From a virus (taxonomy: Duplodnaviria > Caudoviricetes): DNA of 28,922 nucleotides. The position numbers and the translations under genes were made by a program. The stretch lies in IMG/VR virus record IMGVR_UViG_3300032329_000181, positions 1 through 28,922 of that record; one strand, written 5' to 3'. The notes below the pieces were generated by a model that had not been told where the DNA came from, did no database searches, and saw only the letters and a list, made by a program, of their open reading frames with translations. Positions 7,809 through 14,934 of the stretch are shown here, piece after piece (position 1 is the first letter of the stretch; each line of letters starts with the position of its first letter).

Positions 7809-8989
7809 TATGCCCAGCTTCCACGTGACGTGTCAGCACCAGAAGTCCATGCTGCAATAGGAGTTACTTTAACATATGCATTAGTAGCAACAGTTACTGG
7901 AGTACCAGGAGCAATAGAGAATCTAATGGCTGGATTAAGAGTAGTACCAGAAGAAGCAACAAATGTACCAATCACAGTTACATAAGTTGCATTAGACGTA
8001 GATGAAGTAATAATTTCCTGAGTGCTAGTTGAACTAGTAATGTTAGTAACACCAACACTTGCATTTGCTGCGATACCAGATACATCACATGCCCACAAAG
8101 TAAGATCACATACAGAAATTGTTCCAGTACCTAATGAATTTAATTGGAAATAAACCGAGTGAGATGTAGTTCCATTGGTAAGACGGAACTTAGCTTCAAA
8201 GTGATAAAGAGTATTAGTAGGTCCAGTTTCTGGAAGAGTAAGTGCTTTACCAAAAATACTTTGTGCAACTGTAGATGTACTAGTTAAAGTTCTTGCTGCA
8301 CCAAGTTGGTAAAAATAAGATTTATTAATAATAGAACCATTAGATCCAACCGTAAAGTTTGCATCAGTATCAGTAATGTATGCAGTACCAGCAGCATTTT
8401 TAATAGATGCAATAGTTGGAGTAGTGTAAGTACCACCCGTAACTGTTGCATTATTTGTTACCGTACCATTTATTGTTGTGGAACCAGATATGGTAGAACC
8501 AGAAATAGTTGGAGAGTTAACTGTTGCTGCAGAAGCAGTAATAGTTCCAGACAATGTAGATGCTGAAATAGTTTTATTTGTTAATGATTGCTGAGCACTA
8601 GTGCCAACAACAGTTCCACCACTAACACCACTAGGTCCTGCAGTATCAAGTCCATGAACATCTGCAGTTGCATAGATGTGATTCTGTGGTTCTTGTAAAT
8701 CACGGGCAGTAACCATATGGCGTACAACAGAATTATTAAGATGAGCAGTGGCAGAAGTACCGTCTTGACCCCGCTTGACGGGGTAAGAGTAACCAGTAGG
8801 AGCAGCAGTTACTGTAACAATTTCTTCTGAAGTAGTATCAGGATCAATTACCATAGTAAATGGATAGGCTGTTGGTACAGTTGCAGTAGAATCAAGAATC
8901 ATTACATCTGATGCATCAGTTGAAGAAGAAGACATTGGTCCACCAAGTTTGCGGGCAATGACTGTAGAACTATAATTACGTTTTGGCAT
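7808..8989 (-). CDS. Tail fibre-like protein
   Basis: 393 aa, S/T/G-rich; QSLTNKTI fibre motif, short xTIxG repeats, C-terminal beta domain. Confidence 0.65.
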   Translation of the reverse strand: MPKRNYSSTVIARKLGGPMSSSSTDASDVMILDSTATVPTAYPFTMVIDPDTTSEEIVTVTAAPTGYSYPVKRGQDGTSATAHLNNSVVRHMVTARDLQEPQNHIYATADVHGLDTAGPSGVSGGTVVGTSAQQSLTNKTISASTLSGTITASAATVNSPTISGSTISGSTTINGTVTNNATVTGGTYTTPTIASIKNAAGTAYITDTDANFTVGSNGSIINKSYFYQLGAARTLTSTSTVAQSIFGKALTLPETGPTNTLYHFEAKFRLTNGTTSHSVYFQLNSLGTGTISVCDLTLWACDVSGIAANASVGVTNITSSTSTQEIITSSTSNATYVTVIGTFVASSGTTLNPAIRFSIAPGTPVTVATNAYVKVTPIAAWTSGADTSRGSWA

Positions 8990-8992
8990 TTG

Positions 8993-9901
8993 TTACCTCG
9001 AATAGCGAACGCGGATTGGATTACGGTTGTCTAGCTTTCGTGCTTCTTCTTGTAGACGTTGTTGATAAATTGCATACAAATACTTAGATGCGTTAGCACC
9101 AGCAGCAAATGAGCGACTACTAAGTGTAGCTTGTGACTGCGCATCAGCTTCAGCAGTACTGTAAGATAAATGACCTGGATCGATAAATGATGATAGACGA
9201 TAAGCAGCACCAAAAATAATTACATCTTTACAAGATTGAGAAAGACCAGTAGTTGTTGTAAATTCATCACTACCATTGACAAGTATGTCTGGCTCACCAG
9301 AGTAATAAACTTGCACAGTACGACCAGCCTGTACACCACTGTATAAAGTAATACTGTTAGAGGAGCCGTCAAAAGATGCAGTATTAGCCATGTTATCAAT
9401 ACGATAAGAACGGATAGGAACCCATTCCTTGCTTGGACCTATTGATTGATAAGAGACTGATAGCACATTAATTGCATCAGCAGGTAAACCATATGTACTT
9501 TTTGCTGGAGAGAAAGTAAATGTATATGTATGCGGTGTATATATGTCTGGGAACACAGATTGAATTGTTTCATTAATCGCACTTTTGATATCAACTGTTG
9601 GATAAGTAGGCGAAATAACTACTTTAGCTCCAGTAGTATGTGCGACAGCAACAGTACCATTGTAGCCCCGACCATAAGGAGGGATAGTAAGCACACCAGT
9701 AGATCTATTGTAACTATCTACATAAAGCAATTCATCATCAATTTGGATAATGCCACTAGAAATATTTTCTGCAGAAGATACAGTTACACTTAAACTTGAA
9801 GACGTTAAGTCTGCCATCAAGTGTGTCTGTCTGTCTTGTCGATAGGTAAAGCCAGCCATCTTACGACTAACTTCCTCTGCCATTTGATTAAATGTTGGCA
9901 T
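8993..9901 (-). CDS. Tail adaptor / tail tubular protein A-like
   Basis: 302 aa; helical N- and C-termini (IKSAINE; DVIIFGAAYRL) flanking a beta region (STYGLPAD), as in head-tail adaptors. Confidence 0.6.
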   Translation of the reverse strand: MPTFNQMAEEVSRKMAGFTYRQDRQTHLMADLTSSSLSVTVSSAENISSGIIQIDDELLYVDSYNRSTGVLTIPPYGRGYNGTVAVAHTTGAKVVISPTYPTVDIKSAINETIQSVFPDIYTPHTYTFTFSPAKSTYGLPADAINVLSVSYQSIGPSKEWVPIRSYRIDNMANTASFDGSSNSITLYSGVQAGRTVQVYYSGEPDILVNGSDEFTTTTGLSQSCKDVIIFGAAYRLSSFIDPGHLSYSTAEADAQSQATLSSRSFAAGANASKYLYAIYQQRLQEEARKLDNRNPIRVRYSR

Positions 9902-12900
9902 TACTTACCTTCCATTAGTTCTTTACGGATCTTCATAAGAAGCTTGCCTAGGTTGTTTGCACCTTCACCATCGACCTGACCCCAGAACTTATCGCCCCAA
10001 GTGTTGCCTTCGATTAGTTCACGCTCTCCAGTTTCAAGCAATTGCTTTAGCAACTTTGGATCTTCAAACTTCTTGCGAAGGATATATTCCATTGCTTTGA
10101 CTCGGATATCATTCCAGTCACTACGAAGAGTTAACTCACGACCCATACGTTTGGCTTCTGCAGGGTTTGCTGCACGAGCAATCTTCTTGCGTAGTTCTTT
10201 ATCTGTGGTCTTTGCTGCTTGGAAAGCATGCTCTACTGTTGGATACCTAATACCTTCAATAGTTATTGAACTAGGTGACATATTAGATAGGAACCTGTAT
10301 TTATCCCTAAAAGAAACAACTGCTTCTTGTACCTTTGATGCAGCTTTAGACATTAACTCTGGATGTTTATCTAAATATTTAATTGCTTCCAAAATGGATT
10401 GACCATGACATTCAATATCTTTTTCAGGACCAGGGCAGGCAAGCTTTTTGCCTTTAAGAGAATAAATTTCCCTAGCATAATCTGGATCAGTTTCAATTCT
10501 TTTCTGCAATTCAATAGTATATTTTTCTACGGCTTCTTTAACGCTAACACCATTACCAACTCTAAATGGATTACCAAACTTTCCGCCACGACCAATGTTA
10601 ACTACATCATTTTTTTCAGCAGATGTTAAACCGTTCCAACGAACAACGGAACCTTCAGCTTTGCCTTCGGTAACAGCAACGGCTTTCTTACCAGATACAT
10701 GTTCCATGTATTCTGTAATTGCTTTTTGACCAGATGGTTTAAGCCCGCGAGTGCCTATACCAGCAAATGATTTAAACTTAGGAGGCAATCCGTCTAGTTC
10801 ATCCCACATTTTGGTCTCAGGATTAAACTTAAACCATTTGCTAGCACTTTGTTCAAAAGCAAATACTGGCTTCTTAAGAATGATACCCATTTCAACAGCC
10901 CATGGAGTACCACTACCACCAACAGTAAAACGTGTTCCATCAGCAATCTTTGTCCATCCACTAACTATGGCAAGAACGGCATCAGAATCTTTAACTTGAT
11001 AAGCATTGCGATGAACAAGTTTTCCAGGATCACTTGTTACGCCAGCTCCCTTTCCAAGAACTTTACCTGCAGCATTTACAAGTTCTGTATTTTCTTTTAA
11101 TTGTTCCGTAGACAAGACATTTCTGGTTTCAAGTGCTGGTCGCTTACCAACAAATCCACCTATGGATTCATGTTTTTCAAAACTGTGAGCAGATGTACGA
11201 ATACCAACTGCGTCGGCTGCTTCAGCCCAAGCAGTATCAGCACCCTTGGCTCCACCAGAGTGAACAACTGGTCTACCCTTTTCCATAATCTTTTCGGCTT
11301 CAAGTAGTTTAACTTTCTTTTCAATAGCCCTAGTGGTACTAGATGTAGTTACACCAGTTGCCTTATCTAGATTCTGTTGTTGCAAACTACTGCGCTTTGC
11401 CAGTGTAGATCGTAGACCCATACGGCTTTCAGTTTCTAGTTTGTCAATAACACTAAGAATACGTTTACGTGCAGCAACATCAGTAGTAGACATAGCAAGT
11501 TTATTTAAGTAAGCTTTTTGAGCGTAGAATGTTTCATGTTTTAAAGCAGTACGTTTAAGTGCTGCTTCATCAAGAGACTCAACCCACGAGCTAACTTTGC
11601 TCATAGACTTTTCATCAAGTTTGCCAAGAGTTTCCCTAAATTTATCATCTTGCAATTTAGATCTAATCTTTAACTCTTTAAGTTCTTTTTCGTACTTTGC
11701 TATTTGTGCAAAGAATTGTTTTTCAGTCTTGCCAGATTCATCAACCATTTTTTTACGAAGATTAAGTCTACCATTTTTACTAAGGAACCCTTCAACACGA
11801 TCAATACGATCTAGCAAAGACACAGTTTTAGGAGCAGTACCTTTATGACCAGGAATGTCTACAGTTGGGTTAAGATGCTTCTTAAAGGATTCAAGGTGAA
11901 CACGTTGATCCTCAGCAACAGCAGCATTAGGATTGCGAGGAGATGCTTCTTTAAGTTCTTTGACCAAGCGATTAAGTTCTAGTTTGGCTTTCTTTAATTC
12001 GTCAGCGGGAACATAGCGTTTTGCTTGATTGACTTTAACACCACGAGCAACTTCAGCCTCAAGTTGTGCGATGCGACGTTTAGCAAATTTAATATCTTTG
12101 CGACGTTCAAGCAATGTATTACGAGAAAGATTTGGCTTCTTGCCAATACCATACTTGCCAGCTTCGGATCCAATATCAAATTTTGAAGATGAATCAATAC
12201 CTTTCTCAAAGTTAATAGCATCAGAACCACTATTCTTTTTTGAAACAATGTCTTCAATGTAACCAGCACTATCACTAGTGGAATCAGCCATCATGCGAGA
12301 ACCAGATTCTAGTCCTGCTTGTTCCGCTTCAGCGGCAGTAATTATATCTTTTTGAACAGGACGTGTTAACTCAGTTAAACCTTCATCAATTTTGTCAAAG
12401 AATTTACGTACACCAAAAGCATCGCTAGTATATTTTGCTTTAGCAGTTTTAATATCTGCAATAGGTAACTTACTTAACTTTTGAGTAAATGTAATTTCAG
12501 CAAGAACACTAGCTCTAGAAGTAGGATCTTCCATTAGTTTTTTGGCTTCAACATATTTTCTGCCACTTTGTCGTAAACTAGCAATAAGTTTAAAGTATTC
12601 ATCCACCTCTGGATTGGAAGCTCTACGAGCACTAACAGCACCATGAAGAACACTTAGTCTTTGAACTTTAGACTCATGTGAATCAATAAGATTCATCGCA
12701 TGTTCAGTATCATCTACTGCATCACGAGGCATAGTATTGCGTTCTGGATCTGTTTGATTTGGAGTCTTTCTACCCTGTTCCGCTTCTTTACTAAATGCAC
12801 GTCGTTCACGCATTTTTTGATATCCATAAGGATCTTCAATTGAATATAAAGTATCTGCTTTGCTTTTGCGTTTTGCAAGTTCAAGTTCTCGCAAACGAGT

Positions 12901-13485
12901 AGCTTCTTTTTCTGCAGTTGCAGAAGTTGTAGAACCTGATTCAAGCGCCATTACATTAGAGGGCATACTCTTAGTGCCAAGAGTTTCTACATCTACACCT
13001 TTTACTACACCAGTTGATTGAGCTATTGGAGGACTTGCTTCTTTTGCACCACCACCTATACGAGCAACAGCGGTAGAAGTATTGTCAGCAATAGGAGCTA
13101 CTACATCTGGAGCTAATTGATCAAGTTGAGTGGCACGTTGTGCTCTAAATTCAGGTTGGGTAGAAAGCAAATCAGTTGCGTTTTTAATGTTTTTTTCTAA
13201 TTGTCGTTTACCAACAACAGATACAACTTCAGTACTTAACATTTTTTCAGACTCAGTAAGTACAGCTTTAAGAGCAGGCTCTGCTAATTTACCAAGTTTT
13301 AATGGAGGAATAAATATAGCAGCAGCACTTACACCAGCAGCAAATGCATCGCCCCAAGAACCTTTTCCATGCGCAATTTTGGCAATGGATTTAGCAGCAA
13401 AAAGAAAGTCACCAATCTCCCATAGAGCACCGCTGTACTCATTGGACATTTGAGCAGGTGACTCCATCATGGTTTTTACTGCCAT
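9901..13485 (-). CDS. Large multidomain (polyvalent) protein: helical N-terminal region + SLOG (YspA-like) + DUF4326 + NADAR
   Basis: SGGAKGAD...RN...GT...AGIGTR (aa ~737-930); IGRGGKFGNPF...LKGKKLAC...CHG (aa ~950-1040); FLSN...TVEHAFQAAK...DW...KF...LLETG...E...DKFWG...GANNLGKLLMKIR (aa ~1056-1194). TAATG-coupled at both ends. Confidence 0.85.
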   Translation of the reverse strand: MAVKTMMESPAQMSNEYSGALWEIGDFLFAAKSIAKIAHGKGSWGDAFAAGVSAAAIFIPPLKLGKLAEPALKAVLTESEKMLSTEVVSVVGKRQLEKNIKNATDLLSTQPEFRAQRATQLDQLAPDVVAPIADNTSTAVARIGGGAKEASPPIAQSTGVVKGVDVETLGTKSMPSNVMALESGSTTSATAEKEATRLRELELAKRKSKADTLYSIEDPYGYQKMRERRAFSKEAEQGRKTPNQTDPERNTMPRDAVDDTEHAMNLIDSHESKVQRLSVLHGAVSARRASNPEVDEYFKLIASLRQSGRKYVEAKKLMEDPTSRASVLAEITFTQKLSKLPIADIKTAKAKYTSDAFGVRKFFDKIDEGLTELTRPVQKDIITAAEAEQAGLESGSRMMADSTSDSAGYIEDIVSKKNSGSDAINFEKGIDSSSKFDIGSEAGKYGIGKKPNLSRNTLLERRKDIKFAKRRIAQLEAEVARGVKVNQAKRYVPADELKKAKLELNRLVKELKEASPRNPNAAVAEDQRVHLESFKKHLNPTVDIPGHKGTAPKTVSLLDRIDRVEGFLSKNGRLNLRKKMVDESGKTEKQFFAQIAKYEKELKELKIRSKLQDDKFRETLGKLDEKSMSKVSSWVESLDEAALKRTALKHETFYAQKAYLNKLAMSTTDVAARKRILSVIDKLETESRMGLRSTLAKRSSLQQQNLDKATGVTTSSTTRAIEKKVKLLEAEKIMEKGRPVVHSGGAKGADTAWAEAADAVGIRTSAHSFEKHESIGGFVGKRPALETRNVLSTEQLKENTELVNAAGKVLGKGAGVTSDPGKLVHRNAYQVKDSDAVLAIVSGWTKIADGTRFTVGGSGTPWAVEMGIILKKPVFAFEQSASKWFKFNPETKMWDELDGLPPKFKSFAGIGTRGLKPSGQKAITEYMEHVSGKKAVAVTEGKAEGSVVRWNGLTSAEKNDVVNIGRGGKFGNPFRVGNGVSVKEAVEKYTIELQKRIETDPDYAREIYSLKGKKLACPGPEKDIECHGQSILEAIKYLDKHPELMSKAASKVQEAVVSFRDKYRFLSNMSPSSITIEGIRYPTVEHAFQAAKTTDKELRKKIARAANPAEAKRMGRELTLRSDWNDIRVKAMEYILRKKFEDPKLLKQLLETGERELIEGNTWGDKFWGQVDGEGANNLGKLLMKIRKELMEGK

Positions 13486-13757
13486 TATTTCTTCTTTCTG
13501 TTTTGATTACCTTTGCCAATATTTTTAGAAGCAGTAGTAGCCCTAAGGTTCTTAAGGCTACCGTTCTTATAGTTATTATCTTTATGATCTACATGAACAC
13601 TTTTAGGTAAAGATTTACCAGTGGCTCTTTTGTAATCAAGACGAGCAGCATTAGTGGACGTAGCTTTTTGTCCATGTTTAATTACATAGATCTTGCGTCC
13701 ACCATTTTCTTTACTACCCTTGTAAGGTCCATAGACTTTCTTTTTAGGAGTAGCCAT
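13485..13757 (-). CDS. HNH endonuclease-like protein
   Basis: HVDHKDNNYKNGSLKNLR...N motif. Start placed at ATG 13757, which overlaps the upstream stop as TAATG. Confidence 0.75.
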   Translation of the reverse strand: MATPKKKVYGPYKGSKENGGRKIYVIKHGQKATSTNAARLDYKRATGKSLPKSVHVDHKDNNYKNGSLKNLRATTASKNIGKGNQNRKKK

Positions 13758-14035
13758 TACCATTTAACCTTGTCTGCCCAGTATGCTGCAGACATTTTGC
13801 CTTTAGCAATGTTCTTTGCATGACGTGCTTTAAAAGCTTCACGACGCTTTCGGTATGCCTCCGACTCTCCTGCTTTCTTAGGAGAGCCAGAGACACCCTG
13901 TTGACCAAAATGAATCGTCTTAACTTGTGTTCCTACTTTTGCCACAACAACATGGGATTTGGTTGGATGGTTAGGAGTACGCTTGGGCTTATTGTAGCCA
14001 GACACACCTGCACGTTTAAGACGAGGGTCAAGCAT
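13757..14035 (-). CDS. Small basic phage protein
   Basis: 92 aa, K/R-rich; KTIHFGQQG...FKARH...SAAYWADKVKW; TAATG coupling. Confidence 0.8.
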   Translation of the reverse strand: MLDPRLKRAGVSGYNKPKRTPNHPTKSHVVVAKVGTQVKTIHFGQQGVSGSPKKAGESEAYRKRREAFKARHAKNIAKGKMSAAYWADKVKW

Positions 14036-14406
14036 TAGTAACTAGACCCACTTCGACCAGAGTTAGGGTTCTTTTGTGTAGCTTTAAGTTTACGAGCCTT
14101 AGCAACAGCAGCCTTAGCAATAGCCTCATAGCCTTTAGGAACAACATACTTGTTGCCACCAGACTTTGCTACAGCGGCACGAGCAATGTTCTTCATCTTG
14201 CGATCAGCAATAGCAGACTTTGCAACAGCATTCTGTCCCTTATTACCCATACCAAAAACATTCTTGTTACCAACGCTATTTAACTTAAGACCAGGGTTTG
14301 AACCAGTCTTCATGTTGCGTGCCTTGCGAGTAATATCAGCATTAGTGTAGCCACGCTTTACAGTACCGCCAGCAGCTTTAATTTCTTTATTGGTCATTTT
14401 TCCCAT
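14035..14406 (-). CDS. Small basic K/A-rich protein
   Basis: 123 aa with repeated AVAK units; coupled to neighbours. Confidence 0.7.
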   Translation of the reverse strand: MGKMTNKEIKAAGGTVKRGYTNADITRKARNMKTGSNPGLKLNSVGNKNVFGMGNKGQNAVAKSAIADRKMKNIARAAVAKSGGNKYVVPKGYEAIAKAAVAKARKLKATQKNPNSGRSGSSY

Positions 14407-14407
14407 G

Positions 14408-14584
14408 TTACTTCATACCTCTCTTGTATGATTTACCGTATTCTTTACGCACCATAGAAGGACTTTCCTTCTTTTCATGCATCTTCATTGCTGCCTTTGA
14501 CTTGTAACGTTCGCCAGTTTTCTTTTCAACAAAGGGATTGGCAGACTTCTTCATCGGCTTCTTAGCAGGTTTCTTACTTGCCAT
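14408..14584 (-). CDS. Small highly basic protein (58 aa)
   Basis: MASKKPAKKPMKK...YKSKAAMKMHEKKES. ATG 14584 overlaps the end of the upstream gene, so it is preferred over 14647. Confidence 0.75.
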   Translation of the reverse strand: MASKKPAKKPMKKSANPFVEKKTGERYKSKAAMKMHEKKESPSMVRKEYGKSYKRGMK

Positions 14585-14834
14585 ATGCTTTACCTGTCTT
14601 ATCACTAGCATCCAACGCTTGTTGGACTTTTGCTGTAGTAGTACCATCGGGTTGAATACCCTGTTTACGAGCAGATCTATATAGCTCTAACTCTTTATCC
14701 CATCTTTTGCCAGTCCAACCATTAGCAACCATTCCACCATTGGCATCTCCAGCATTCATTTGAATATTAGAAGAACGAAGACAATCTCCCCAAGATGCAT
14801 GATCTTGAGTAGGACAACCACTACGACAACTCAT
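14574..14834 (-). CDS. Hypothetical protein with N-terminal CRxGCPTQDH...C motif
   Basis: 86 aa; MSCRSGCPTQDHASWGDC...WDKELELYRSARKQGIQPDGT. Confidence 0.8.
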   Translation of the reverse strand: MSCRSGCPTQDHASWGDCLRSSNIQMNAGDANGGMVANGWTGKRWDKELELYRSARKQGIQPDGTTTAKVQQALDASDKTGKAYGK

Positions 14835-14932
14835 TAATTAACTCGCAAACTAGTTTTATTAATTGCTACACCTTTGCAGCAATCAGCGTATGAATCACAG
14901 TCCTGTGTAGGACAACCTGTGCGACAAGCCAT
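14834..14932 (-). CDS. 32-aa Cys-rich peptide, paralog of the downstream gene's N-terminus
   Basis: MACRTGCPTQDCDSYADCCKGVAINKTSLRVN; starts 2 nt after the upstream TAG and ends in a TAATG overlap. Not in the ORF track. Confidence 0.75.
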   Translation of the reverse strand: MACRTGCPTQDCDSYADCCKGVAINKTSLRVN

Positions 14933-14934
14933 GA

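Noticed and set aside
13485-13757. HNH gene as part of an intron or a toxin-antitoxin pair with the NADAR protein
   Set aside because: Flanking genes are intact and TAATG-coupled with no room for intron structure, and no ADP-ribosyltransferase (DarT-like) gene was recognised in the window.
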